A stretch of DNA of 64,000 bases. Source: Mobula hypostoma (Eukaryota). Positions within the stretch are counted from its first letter, which is position 1; every line of letters begins with the position of its first letter. The stretch spans positions 44,394,001 through 44,458,000 of the forward strand of contig NC_086108.1 of the NCBI RefSeq assembly GCF_963921235.1. Reading direction: 5' to 3'. Of the stretch, positions 13,171-27,821 are shown one piece after another. Both the position numbers and the translations under genes were made by a program. A model generated the notes under the pieces. It was not told the DNA's origin. It searched no databases and worked only from the letters and a program-made list of their open reading frames with translations.

Positions 13171-15933
13171 CCCAATTGGTGTGTTTATTTGAAACAATCC
13201 CTTTTGTGTTCAGTGTATAAGGTGTATGATAAATGTGCAATTCAGAAGTTTTATTATACCTGTACATAATTATTGCAAAATTTATATGATGTGAAAATAT
13301 CTTTCGCCTGTTTAAAACTGATACCCAAATTTTAGAGTCCGGAACTGCCGATTGTTTTCGTGCTGAGACTGTTTTCATTATTCAGCAGTTTATTCATGGT
13401 GGATTGTGGTAGGAATATACTTATCCTGGAAAAATAGAGCTCAGGAAAAGATCAGTGAGGCTTATCTGATCAATGCTGTAGTTGCAAAGTCACCTGGATA
13501 AAGAAGTAGGCAAAGGGAAAGTTCCAGCAGTGGCAGCAGTTCAGGAAGTTCTCAGATACATTAACTAATGCTATGTGGGAAAATACATCTTTCCATAAGA
13601 TGTTAGGGGTCAGTGCAGTGGTTATTACGGGGAAAACCTTTGAAGAGAAAAAACCTTGGTGGGGGGGCAACTGAGCTTTGTGGAGAAAATGAAAATAATT
13701 GGGTATCTCTGAAAATTGGCAAAGACTTGATGAACAGTGAGTGATTCCTTCAGATTACCTGTCAGCAGATTTGAGGCTCAGTTCTTTTACAGTCCAATGC
13801 ATAATAGTTTTGTGCATATGTACAGGTACTAGTTTGTTCATGCTGTTTAGGTGTAATTCCATTGCATAAGCATAGATCTCAAGTAAATTCTGTTAACATG
13901 CCTTAAATCTGCAAGGCTTATAGGGCAAAGTCTTTTTGCTAGAGTAGCTGGCAGAGGTATTGACTTTAAAATCTATTTGGTTTATAGTAGGGTTGTATCT
14001 AGCTGAGGGATCCAAAAGAAGGGAGTAGCTTGTGCAAGAACAACTTCGACAAAGCTAGCACTTTGTTTGGTTGTGCCATGTAGATGAGGAGTGCAGGACA
14101 GCCATACATGAAAACTTGCCTATTCGATCTTCAGCCTAATATTAAATATACCAGCTGAAGTATGATAAAGTAAAGTGCAAGTTGACGACATTCTTGTAGA
14201 GCTACAACATTTACCACTGCTTAGCCACAAAAAGAGTTGAATCAATCATATCTGGGGTGAGAAAACTCCTAAACTATAAGCGATTGGAGATTCTTTTTTC
14301 AGTTATTGAGGTAATTCGGTATATAAGGCACCACCCCAAATTAGCTTCACAGTCATTATAATTCAGTGCCTGTTATATCAGAAAAGGTGAACCTTTTAAC
14401 TGAGGGCTCTTTAATGTGTTATAAAAGCTGCATGAAAAATATTTTACTGAAAACATAAGATCAGCAAAATAAGCTTGCATCATTTTGATTTTCTACTACT
14501 ACTACTACTACTGAAAGGAGTTTGGATGTACAGTATGTGTAATTAAGCAATGTATCACATCCAGCTGTGTTGCAACCCACTCTCCAGGTCGAGAACTTGC
14601 TGATTATGTGTTGCATTGTTTTTCAAAATGGGAGCCTCGACTCTTGCATGGATGTAGGATACAGTACTTAAAAGATGGTCACTGTGTCCACTCCCTTAAA
14701 TAAAGCCGGGTTGGTAGATCAGACGATTGTTAATTTTGAGTTTGTAGGTGAAGCATTTGATTAAAGTCTACCTTCCTGGGGAAGAAATAAAATGGAAAAT
14801 CACTGATGTATTGGGAAGTTGCCCAGTAGAATTAACAGTATTGTCAGTATCTTGGTAAATTTTAAACACCTGCATTTAAGTAGCAGGGATATGCTGCACT
14901 ATCCAGGCACCAGTTCTGATGAATAAAAATGTGCTAATTAAAAAAAAATGTTGAGGGCTACAGTTAAAGATTGAAAATTTTGATCACCTGTGTAGGTGTA
15001 TGGGGAAGAAAGGATTTTTTAAAATCTTGCTGGTAGGGGTGCTAACTTTCAATTGATCATGGCAATAGAATTTTATTTTGTTTCACTGCAGTTCATGGAG
15101 GATTTGTGGCTGCAGAACTTTGTGCATATTCTCAAGCTTAATGATAGTCTTTTTTTTTCTAGAGTAGGTATGTGCAAAAATTTCTCATGACTTATGTTAG
15201 TCCCAGCATGTTCTATGTGATTCTGAATTGCAGTTCTTAATTTATTAGGCAGATTCTTGATGTTGCATGAGGGAGTTGTTTATAAGTGTGTAATGCTCTG
15301 TGTCATATATTTGGTGATATTTTGAATAGGTGACTTTAAAATAATACATCCAATGAAAGCACAGCTAGAGCAGTTCCTGCATTCTTGTGATATAGAAAAC
15401 ACTGAACAATTATTGCATTTATCTTTTCTGACCAGAAGATTTTGATGTCAGAAATGGTGTACTGCTTTGGATGAAGTCATCAATATTTAATGCCTTGTTC
15501 CAGAACCTAGTCCTGAAGCTAGAAATGGGTTTTCTCTCAACCTCAGAATTGAGCAATTGCAACTTTGACACTCAAATGGAATAAATAATGGGGATGACAA
15601 ACTGATTTAGACAGTTTCACCTGACTTGTCTTTTCTCTAAAGTCCACCGTATTCAAAACATTTGCAAATATAATAAAATATATTCATGTTGTCAGTCACA
15701 TGTTGTCAGATGTGTCATTCTGTTTGCTTATAAGATAAATATTTGTCAACATATCAAACTTTTTTTTCAATTACATCCCATGAATGACAAGTTGAAGGAG
15801 CTTTTAAACAGTTTCCTGTTTTTCTGTGCAAGGGCAAAAGAACTGTATCTGTGACTTTTCCCTATAAAGCTTATGCAACAGCTTTCCAAGCTTAAGTGTG
15901 AACGTCTGTATCTAATCCTGGACATCAGGAAAA

Positions 15934-16443
15934 TGAATTGAATTGACTTTATTACTTACATCCTTCATATACATGAGGAGTAAAAATCTTTACATTATGC
16001 TCCGTCTAAATGTGCATTGTGCAATTTATAGTAATTTATAATAAATAGTATGTACAACAGACCAGGCGATATATCCTGGAAATACAACCGTATCAGCATG
16101 AATTAATCAGTCTGATGGGAAGCTGTCTTTAGGTCCTGGCTTTTATCCTGTGGTACCGTTTCCCGGGTGGTAGCAGCTGGAACAGTTTGTGGTTGGGGTG
16201 ACTCGGGTCCTCAATGATCCTTCGGGCCCTTTGCACACACCTGTCTTTGTAAATGCCCTAGTAAGAAGTTCACATCTACAGATGTGCTGGGCTGTCTGCA
16301 CCACTCTCTGCAGAGACCTGTGATTGAGGGAAGTACATTTCCCATACCAGGCAGAGATGCAGCCAGTCAGGATGCTTTCAATTGTACCCCTGTAGAAAGT
16401 CCTTAGGATTTGGGGGCCCATACGAAACATCTTCAGCCATCTG
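15934..16443 (-). mobile_element. Rex1/Babar LINE, 5'-truncated 3' fragment
   Basis: ORF 16143-16430 PQILRTFYRGTIESILTGCISAWYGKCT...LQRVVQTAQHI matches the Rex1/Babar post-RT region; aataaa followed by a (caatt)n tail on the minus strand. Confidence 0.85.
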
Positions 16444-16489
16444 ATTCAGTTTCCGGCACTCATTTCTGGACAGATCCTGGTATGAAACC

Positions 16490-17220
16490 TAGCAGCAGAA
16501 TTAGGCCGTTTGGCCCATCAAGTCTGTTTCATCATTTCACCATAGCTGATTTATTATCCCTCTGAACCGCATTCTCCTTTGACACCCTGATGAACCAAGA
16601 GCCCATCAACCTCTAATTTAAACATACTCAATGACTTGATTCCACTGCCATCCATGGCAATGAATTCAACAGGTTCACCACCTCTGGCTAAAGAAATTCC
16701 TCCTCATCAGGTTCTAAATGAATGCCCCTTTATTCTGAGGCTGTGCCCTCTGGTCCTTGACTTGCCCACTACATTCTCTCCACATCCACTCTATCTTGAC
16801 CTTTCAATATTTGATAATTTTCATTGAGATTCTTCTTCTCCACCCCCCGCCCCCCCCCCACTCTTGTAAACTTCTCCAATGAGTACAGGCCCCGATCCAC
16901 CTTAAATTTCTTTGAAATTTAAGAGACTACTAGACAGGTATATGGAGGGATTTAAGGTGGGGGGTTATATGGGAGGTAGGGTTTAAGGGTCGGCACAACA
17001 TTGTGGGCCAAAGGGCCTGTACTGTGCTGTACTCTGCTATGTTCCTCGTGTGTTAATTCTTACATTCCTAGAATCATTCTTGTGAACCACCTTTGGGCCA
17101 TCTCCAATGCCAGCACATCTTTTCTTGGATAAGGGGCCCAAAGCTGCTCACTATATTCCATCTGCCATTTTTTTTCCCTGCCCATTCTCCTCAATTTGAC
17201 TTGAGTCTTTCTCTAGACTC
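16490..17220 (-). mobile_element. CR1 3'-end fragment containing a nested opposite-strand CR1 3' end (about 16900-17045)
   Basis: Colinear with 59045-59555 on both sides of an insert ending gggcctgtactgtgctgtactctgctatgttc. Confidence 0.65.
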
Positions 17221-18179
17221 CCTGATCCCGCTGAAACAAATGGAAAGACACACGTGTTTCAGGTAATCTAAAATGCATCTTTGACCAAGTTGATAACTCT
17301 GGAACACGCAGGCCTGTGTTGTGCTTGTGTGCAGGATGAGCCACTGTTTCCCTTTCTAGACTTTATTGGCAAAGCAGATGACAGTTCCTATTGTCCAGTT
17401 CTGAAATTAATCCTGACCTGTGAAATATGATATAGCACACTTTACTCTGAAACTGTATCACAGCTTTTAACTAAATACCTGTTTCAAAACCTCCTTTCGT
17501 GTATTCTTTTTTAAAATTCTTAACTCTATCTTTGAGGCTGTTGATTTGTGCAAATTTGTAGACCAATTGCATCCTAAGCTTGACTTCCTAGCTCTAATTT
17601 CTCATAGTGTTTGCTACCAATTGACTTTTATGTCAGAAGCAAAGAGCTTGATTGAAGTTTATGCAAACTTCGAACATTATGCTAACTTGTTGGAAAGATT
17701 ACATTTGGTGGACTACTTTATGATACTTCATAGTCTTGATAATGCTGCTATTTAACCACAATTTTAAACGATCTTGTCTATTTTACTGGAGTCCATTTGT
17801 GCAGATAGTTCTGCTATTATATTTGTTTCTGTAAATTGGTTATGATGTGATGGATTAGTGGCCATTATTTGCTTTATATGGTATCCATTGGTAGTACTGC
17901 AACTGGGAAAATCTGTTTAAATCTGTTCCATGAAGGCAACTACAGTCAGCTGTAAAGCCGCTTTCCGTAGCATGAAGTTCCTCAGGGACTTAAGTATTGC
18001 GCTACACCAGTACTACTTGCAAATGAATTGTTCAGTGATCAGTGAATTGCCGGGGGGTGAGGTGCGAGTTCATCAATACCCACACATTAGAGGCAGTCAA
18101 TAGAGTCAATCAAAGCCAGGTAAGGTTGGTCATAGATGAGTAAGTCCATATTCTAGAATTGAAGGAGAGAGGAATCAAG

Positions 18180-18583
18180 GGACTGCATGATTAGTGCTGA
18201 GATAATGAAGTGAGCATAGAAAGAGAATCTTGTAGTTTACTTCCACAGATCCCTGACATCGGCAAGATGGATGAATAAGATGAAGGTGGCACATGAACTA
18301 TGTCCCTTTATTGACAGAGGCCATAATACACTGTACAAAGCATTAGGCTATGGAGTTCTTTATAAATTCTATACACTACATGACAGGAAGGATGTGATAG
18401 CATCAGAAAGGATGCAGTGGAGATTGACAAGTATGGTGCTGGGGTTGAAGAACTACAGTTGTGAAGACAGACTGGCCACCTGGGGTCTGGTCTCTTCTGA
18501 AACAAAGATTATAAAGTGTGTAAAAGTTGATGCTTGTATGTGGTCATTTCCCTTAGCAAAGGATCTTACACTAAAGCAATACA
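18180..18583 (+). mobile_element. Old CR1 remnant, target of the Tc1 insertion (continues at about 20047-20230)
   Basis: ORF 18271-18615 contains RKDVIASERMQWRLTSMVLGLKNYSCEDRL, homologous to the CR1 ORF2 C-terminal region at 37.8 kb. Confidence 0.6.
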
Positions 18584-20046
<1,463 letters not shown>

Positions 20047-20360
20047 TAAATGTATGATATTTGGTAAAATGATCAGAGGGTTTATTTGGAACTTTCTGCT
20101 TGAGGGAAGCAGGAACTCTTTTAACAATTAGATTGAACGAGCTCTGGATATGTCGTAAGCTATAGTACTGAGGGCTGGAGTTGATCTAAAACTCTCCTCG
20201 TTTGGTTGGCATGCAGATATCCTATGCATTAAGTTTCTAAGGTTCTGTATTGTGATGGTTACTCTAACTTTTAAAAAAGTAATTAAGTAAGAAGATGGAA
20301 TTGTAGCAGGCTTGGAGTTTGTGGTGTTGTTTTAGAGTACTTATGTTATGGAGGAGTGTA

Positions 20361-20625
20361 AGGCACCACGGTAGCATAGAGGTTACAGCTCAGGGCGTCA
20401 GTTCAATTCTGACGTTATCTGTAAGGACTCTGTACGTCTTCCCTATGGACAGTGTGGGTTTTCTCTAGGTCTTCCAGTTTCCTCCCACAGTCTAAAGACG
20501 TACAGGTCATTAGGTTAATTGGTCATTATAAAATTGTCTTATGATATGGGCTATAGCGTTAAATCGAGTGTTGCTGAGTGGTGCGGCCAGAAGGCCCTAT
20601 TCTGTGCTGTATCTAAATAAATAAA
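20361..20625 (+). mobile_element. tRNA-derived V-SINE (HE1-like)
   Basis: A/B-box-like head (ggtagcatagaggtta...gttcaattc), V-domain-like core gtgggttttctctaggtcttccagtttcctcccaca, tail ctgtgctgtatctaaataaataaa. Confidence 0.75.
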
Positions 20626-21122
20626 CACTTTACTCTTCTAGAGTTGTATCTTCTAATCTGTGAAAATTATTGGTAGGTTCAGGATTCTTATTTAAGAATT
20701 GTATCACTATAGCTACCACTCTGCAGAGATCAGGAAAGGCTGCTTGGTGCTTGCTAAAGGGTTCAGCAAAAAGGACGGGAAAGGCTTCCCCGACATGGGA
20801 GTGGAGCAGCTGCAACTGAGGCATATTTGCATTTACCAGTATTTTTGGAGTGACGGTTACAGATAAAGGATTAAATCTTTAACTGGTGCTTTTTATATAA
20901 GATCAGTGAGTGACAGGAGGATCATAAAACAGTTTAAATTTTTGTAAGGTCCTATTGCAACAAAGAAAACCCAAGACACCAGGTTGTTGTTGAACATTAT
21001 GGTTTTCTGCATAGATATTTGAAGAAAAGTGAACTTTTTTTGGGGGTCATTTTTGTATCCCATTTTCATCAGTGTAAGAAGGGAATTTCAGACACGTAAA
21101 ATTGACTGGAAACATTTCTTAT

Positions 21123-24100
21123 TGTAACATTTTGTACTCCAGAAACTAATCAAAAGAAAAACACAGGAGCCAGGATGGTGTCTACTTGGTTTCTTGACAT
21201 ATGCCATTCACATACTTCCTACATATAACCCATATGAATTATGTAAACAAAATGCTTCATCAAACAATATTTTTACAATCTCTGCTTAGCTATAAACTTC
21301 AACTTGATATTGAATGCATCTCAAATATGTAACATATTACTCTAGTCATCATACAGTATATCATATAACACAACTATATAGTTACCACAGCATAGCAAAT
21401 ATTAAATTGTCCCATTCAGGTCTAAGTATTTAATCTCTGTGGAGGCTTTCTTTTGTGGGATAATGTCTTTCCTGTCGAGGGGTGTCACTGTGCTTGGTAG
21501 GTGAGAGTTGTGGCTGTGGAACAATCTCGGGTTCTGATGCCTCCTCCATGGTGGTTGTTAGGGTTGACTCTGGGACTGCAGAAAGTGGTTCTGATGGCTG
21601 TCAACACCTTTCTTCTCTAAATTTGTCTCTGCTCTCCTCAACTGATCGATTCTGTTCTTGATCTTTCCGAGGACCCACTTTTGATCATCTTTGTAGTTCC
21701 ACACCAGAACTGCTTGTAGAGGAGTGAAACATCGAACCTCCTTGTTTGAGGAGCCCTTGATTTGACTCAGTTTGTTTATCCTGCGTACTTCTTCTGAGCA
21801 ACATACATCAAAGTTGCTGGTGAACGCAGCAGGCCAAGCAGCATCTATAGGAAGAGGTGCAGTCGACGTTTCAGGCCGAGACCCTTCGTCCGAAACGTCG
21901 ACTGCAACTCTTCCTATAGATGCTGCTTGGCCTGCTGCGTTCACCAGCAACTTTGATGTATGTTGCTTGAATTTCCAGCATCTGCAGAATTCCTGTTGTT
22001 TACTTCTTCTGAGATTGGGTTTGAGGAGCTACAGGTGTGAGTGCAAGGAATGACCCAGGAACAGCATTAACAGTGAATTGTTGGTTCTGGAGTGTGATGC
22101 ATTGCGTTATGGAAGGAAGAAATTGGCATGCTTCTGATTAAGTGTCAGTGGAGTGTGATCTCCTGACATTGCTAGCAGTGTGTTCTTCAGACTCTGGACA
22201 AGCCTTTCCACCAAGACATTTGTAGCTGGGTGGTATAGTGCAGATGTAACTACTTATTCCATTCATTTTCAGGATTGATTGAAACCGTTCTGCAACAAAT
22301 TGTGGTCCATTGTCACTGACTAAATGTTCCTGAACACCAGTCCTTGTGAAGGTGCTTCCCAACACATCAGTAGTGTGTAAGGCTGTAGTGGAGGCTATTG
22401 GGAACACTTCTGGCCACATTGTAGCTGCATGGACCTCTACCAAGAATTTAGTGCCCTTGAATGGTCTGGCAAAATCCACCTGAATCCTCTGCCAGGGCAA
22501 TGCAGGCCTTTACCAGGGATGGAGAGGTTCTGTGATTTTTTTGGGGGGGGGGGTGCGTGTTGCCATCTCGAACAATGCATGGTAAGCTGCTCGATCTGCT
22601 GGTCTAACCCAGGTCACCAGACAAAGCTTTGAGCCAGTGCTTTCATTTTGATCCCGCCTGGATGACTGGCATGTAGCTCCTCCCAACACTTTGCCTCTCA
22701 GCTGGGATGGTACAGCAACTTTCAGTCCTCACATAAGGCAACCCGTGTCAAGGACAAGTTTATCCCAGCATTAGTAACAATGGGGGAGCTGGAATTTCTG
22801 CTGCACGTTCAATCCATTTTCAGTTGCCATAGGTCTGGGACACTGTGGGGACTTTTCTGATTTCCCTTTGGATCATTTCTGTCGCAAAAGGGACAGTTTT
22901 GATTTGCAAGAGGAGTGTCCCCTTTTGTAATTTTTGTAAAATTTTCAGGATATAAATGGGGCAGTTCATCAGCATTTCCATGATTAGTTGTCCTTTTGAA
23001 TTTGACCTTTACTATTTGGTTTTACAATTACTCATTTTAAATGTAACAATGTATCTCCTACTACTTGTATTTTTGCTCTGTTTTCATTCTATGAAATTAA
23101 TAAAAAGATTGAAAAAGAAAGAAAGAATTTGACCTTATAATTTTGTCCTCCAAGAAACAGAGCCCACTTCTGCATTAGTGCTGCTGCTGTTAGTGAAACA
23201 CTCTTATGGATTGACAATGGACACCTGTGGTTGATGTTCAGTGATGAGGGTAAACTCTCTTCCAAACATGTATTGGCTGAAAGTTTTAACAGCCCAAACC
23301 AGACTCAAAGCCTCTGTCAATCTGTGTGTAATTTTTCTTTGCAACAGTAAGGGAATGTGATACAAAGGCTATGCACTTCCATCACTCATAACGTGTCATG
23401 ACTTCATCTATAAGGCGAGTTGTCACATGCAGGTTTAAGTGGATAAAGTGGGTCATTATCTGAGTACAGCAAAGATCACCATTTCCTTTACCTTTTGGAA
23501 AGCCACCTCGCGCTGTTTTATCCATTGCCATTTCTTCCCGATCTGTAGTAATGAGTTCAAGGTGTGAAGCATAGTAGGCAGGTTTGGCAGGAACCTGTTA
23601 AAGTAGGTGACAAATACTAAAAGGTACTGTAACTGTGACATGCCCTTGGCCTTTCACCACTGCTTGAATTTTCTCAGCATACATGTGTGATCTTTGTGCA
23701 TCAATGGTGTGACCACAGTAAGTGATGCTTGGTTTAAAGAATTCACACTTGTCACGTCGTGCTCTGAGACCATATCTCATCTTTTTAACACTGTCTTGAG
23801 ATTTTGGAGATGTTCCTTGTCACACTGTCTAGTAATAATGATGTCACCCAGGTAACACTGATTGCTAGGCAGCCTTGCAGCAGCTGGTCCATAGCTTTCT
23901 GTCAGAGTGCAGGTGCAGATACTACTCTAAAGGTAAGCCGACTATAGTGATACAACCCTTTGTGAGTGTTTATGGTGAGAAACACCTTGGAGTCTTCTTC
24001 CAACTCCATCTATAGGTAGTCCTCAACTAAGTCTGCTTTGCAAACCTTTCTGGAGGGAAGCACTTCAGCAAAGATATCCTTTATCCTGGGCAGAGGGTAT

Positions 24101-25760
24101 TGATCTTATCTCAGTACTGGGTTGGTGGTGACCTTAAAATCACAGATCCTGACAGTCCCATTCTTAACTACTGGAACCGCTGGCAATAGACTCCACTCAA
24201 CCTTGGAAAAAATTCCTTCAGTCTCCATGCAATCTAGCTCACTGGCTACTTTATCATGGATGGGATAAAGAACTGGATGAACTTTATAATGCCATTCAGT
24301 GTCTTTGAAAGGCCGTTCAGATTCATTAGAGGAATCGCTGAAACAGCTGAGCCCAATTCCAATTCCATTTAAATTAATTTGCCGTTCACTTGTGGTGTAA
24401 GCTGTAATGCTTGTCCCTTGTTAGTTTTCACATTGTAATCCTCAATGCTGCTCAGTCCTATGTCACTCACCATTATCAGATTTTTCATCAACAGCATGCA
24501 GATTAGTGCTCTTTTTGAAACTGCAGTTTGACTTTTTATCTTCCTCTCTTCCCTGTGCAGTGCATTTATTTTTTTCTGCTTGACGTTCTGTTTGTATGTG
24601 TCCTACTTTGTTGTATTTTATTCAAGTTTCACCTTTAAACCTGTACTGTTCTGGTGTATGGTGTTGTGGTGTCCTACCACAACAGTAGGACAATTTGGGC
24701 CAGGCAGGTTTCAGTTTAGAGATGGCAATTTTGTCCACACTAATGTCATTAATGACTGCAACTCACATGCATGCCTGTCTGCTGTTTCCATTGATACAGC
24801 TATTTCAACTGTTCTTTTTAAATGCAAGTGTGTTTCAGTTTGCTATTTTTGAATGCTTTCTTGTAAGACTCCACAACTAAGCAATCTCTCGGTGCATTAT
24901 TAAGCCCATCACTGAATTGACAATGCTCCGACAATTTCTTCAATTCAGCCACATAAGCTGAAACCCTCCCCTTCCTTTTGATTCTGCTTAAGAAACCTAA
25001 AGCGTTCTGCAATCAACAGTGGTTTTCATTCTAAATGTTCCTGCATTATGTTTATGATATCAGCAAAGTTCATTTTGGCTGGTTTGGTTGGAGCAGTCAG
25101 ACTTCTAAGCAAAATATGCTTTTTCATGCATTGCATTCAGCAACATTGGCACTCATTTTTCATTGGTTATTTCTTTTCCTTCAAAATACTGCTGAATTTG
25201 TTCAATGTACATCATCCAGTTATCTATTGTGCAATGAAACGTGTCTATCTTTCCAATTTAGCCAGCCATTTCTGCTTTTTTAATTTATTATTTTCACCTA
25301 GTACTCACTGTCTATAAACCTGTGGCCATACTCGTAGTTGTCAATTTAATCAGTTTTCTGCCTTTTTTTGAACTCAAATATTTCTCTCCCCTTCCAAAGA
25401 AAAATATGCCACATTTTTTTATAACTCAAACATCTCTTGCTCTCTCTCCTTCTGAAGAAAAACGTGGTGTGCTTCAACAGTTAAATAGTCATTTTGGGTT
25501 CACTTTGAGACTTCCTTATTGCCAATCTTGTGTCTATACTCCAGAAACGAAGAGAGAGAGAAAAACACAGGAACCGGGATGGTGTCTACTTAATATCTTT
25601 CCCTTTTTAGTAAGACTCTCACATATGACGTGGCGGCATAGTGACATATACCTTTCACGTTTTACTTGCATATAATCCATAATTATATAAACAAAGACTG
25701 CTTAATCAAACAATATATTTACAATATTTTTCAAATAGTACTGAAATATTGTATATACTG
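21123..25760 (-). mobile_element. Decayed Ty3/Gypsy LTR retrotransposon (K02A2.6/Mag-like)
   Basis: Diverged direct repeats (LTRs) at about 21123-21335 and 25529-25760 sharing tactccagaaac...gaaaaacacagga...ggatggtgtctactt. PBS-like TGGCAATAAGGA next to the 5' LTR. gag from ATG 25269 (YVAELKKLSEHCQF), RT QCYLGDIII (23843-23854) and DKCEFFKPSITYCGH, integrase PWQRIQVDFARPF...LVSDNGPQF; order RT-RH-IN. Confidence 0.92.
21799..22000. mobile_element. PLE-derived near-perfect hairpin inserted in the Gypsy integrase region
   Basis: 76-bp inverted arms 21797-21872 / 21892-21967 with one mismatch; 13-bp TSD tacttcttctgag at 21786-21798 and 22001-22013. Confidence 0.9.
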
Positions 25761-25859
25761 CACTTGGCATGAATGCTTACTGTAGTTTAAAAAAACAGAA
25801 TTACTCTGCTTGCTGTTGCCTTCTTGTCCTCCTTTAGTGTATTGTGATTTGTCTTGTTG

Positions 25860-26240
25860 CAGATGTAGCACCATAAAACATTGAAGCCTGATTTATTGAT
25901 GCTGCCTGCTGTATTTGACTTGAAAATGGCTTCCCTCTGGGGCTTGTGGTCAGTGTTGTCATGTGATTGATGCCTGTCAAACTGCCGGTTTAGCAGATAG
26001 TGAGGCGTGGAGAACAACAGATGCTGGGCTGTGTGTGTCCCATATGACACAATCTGCACTCAAAGCAGCAGATGGGAGCACACGCCTGTATTGAACAAAG
26101 TATTGCAATGGTTTGTTTTCCAGAACAGAACTGTGTTCATAAAGAAAACAAGTGATTTCTTTGCATTGTGTGCATATATTATGTATAAGGTGCCCAGAAG
26201 GATAGGAAAAGATTAATAAGTAACAAGCTGTGAGTTTTAG
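25860..26240. promoter_or_regulatory. Candidate developmental enhancer (Pbx-Hox/Meis motif cluster)
   Basis: Unique sequence with CCATAAA (25871), TGATTTATTG (25889), TTGTCA (25956), TGATTGATG (25964) next to CTGTCA (25974), several CAGATG E-boxes and AACAAAG; motif evidence only. Confidence 0.3.
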
Positions 26241-27169
26241 CAAAACCCTTGACGTCATCTGGGGTGGAAGTGTTGAATTTTGCTGCTGGAAGGGGAAGCT
26301 TTAGCTCGGCACTATATAAGCTTGGGGAAAGGAAGGGGTTGTGGAGTGAGGTAGGACAGAGAAAATCAATTGATGTTTTGTGCTAACAAATAAAAACAAT
26401 GAGTCTTTCTGAAGATACCACAAAATCACCACAGTGTAAAGGAGTCTCTTCAGCCCATCAAATCTGTGGTTACTATTAGCTAGTGTTCCTACACTAATCC
26501 TGTTTTATTCTGGCCACAGTTCCGTTAATGCAGCTCAGCCAGATTTTGCCACTCACCTACACACTTGGGATAAACCTCTGCTGTAGCACTCGTGAGAATT
26601 TCTTGTGTCCGCTGATGGTTTTTTAGAGGGGCACCAGTCACCCTGTCTTTTTTGGAATCAATCTGAATATTTGCATTACCTGCTCTCTGCTAAGACATTC
26701 ATTCCTACAGTGTACCTAACATGGTAAAACAGAGTCACATGAGATGACACTAGTCCTATTGACCAAAAATTTGGTTGAGGAGGAAACTGATGGAGAAGTT
26801 TGGACTAGAAATTTGAATTTGGCCCTGGCACCTGGAATTATGGCGATGTGCGATGCTGGTAGAGATCCGAGATGGGATGCAAAGTTTGAAAATAAACAGT
26901 GAAATATAATACTTGATATTAAACTAGGAGCCATTGTACTTCTGTAGGTGCACTGAAATGATGAGTGAGCAACAGGCTTAGTGTGGCATAGGAGGCCATT
27001 CTGCCCACTGGCTGCTGATGTCTTCCAGAAGATCAATCCCATTAATCTGATTCTCATTTCCTTCTGTTGCCCTGTATCATATTCTTTCTTTGCCCGTCAA
27101 TTGCTCCTTTTCTACCACTTCTACTTGGCAGAACTATTGGATAGTGTACAGCTGCCAATTAATTTGCCA

Positions 27170-27815
27170 GCATGTTTTTGAGACTCGGATACCAGAATTG
27201 TGGATGACCATATGGGCTGACAGACATTGGTGTGTACTTCACTTCCTTGAGTGCTTTAGTAGGAGATAAGCTGAGTGCTGCTTTATGGTATTTCTTAATA
27301 CCTATGGAGCACCTACTTAATATCTATGGTTCATTTCTGTATTAAAAATGACACCAAAATTGTGATCACTATTTCAACTTGAGATGGATATCAATGAAAA
27401 GTGTAGGCTGGTGAATATAGAGCAGTTTGACAAGGACTTCAACCGTCTCGGTATATTGGTGGGCAAAATTTTGATTTAGAGAGTTTGTTGGATTCATTAG
27501 ATTTGACAATGTTATACAAATAGGTTATCAGTTTGTACATAGAAAAGATTTTTGCTAACGAGCGACCTATGAATCTGAAATAACAAGGGTTGTGAATAAA
27601 CTTGGGGTGGGGGAGACCAGAAATGTTGCAGAGCAGGAAGTGAAGTATTTCAGTTGATTTGTTGGTTAATTCTGGGTAGATAAGAATAGAAGTGGCCAAA
27701 TATGGCCTCACCCAGCTGGGTGACACTGGAGGATGATGTCTCAAAAACATTACAGATTTGATGTTCCCTTTGATCAATGGGAGTGAGACAGTTGGATCAT
27801 GGAAGTGTATAACTG
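27170..27815 (+). mobile_element. Very old CR1-like endonuclease-region remnant
   Basis: Degenerate match to the APE region (atagaagtggccaaatatggc, gatcaatgggagtgagac) seen more intact at 35.5-35.9 kb. Confidence 0.3.
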
Positions 27816-27821
27816 AACATG

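Noticed and set aside
20361..20420. tRNA gene
   Set aside because: Only a degenerate tRNA-like SINE head; no cloverleaf, and it continues into the SINE core.
21558..22053. Overlapping ORFs on both strands with near-identical peptides (LLVNAAGQAASIGR...)
   Set aside because: Artefact of the palindromic PLE insertion, which reads the same on both strands.
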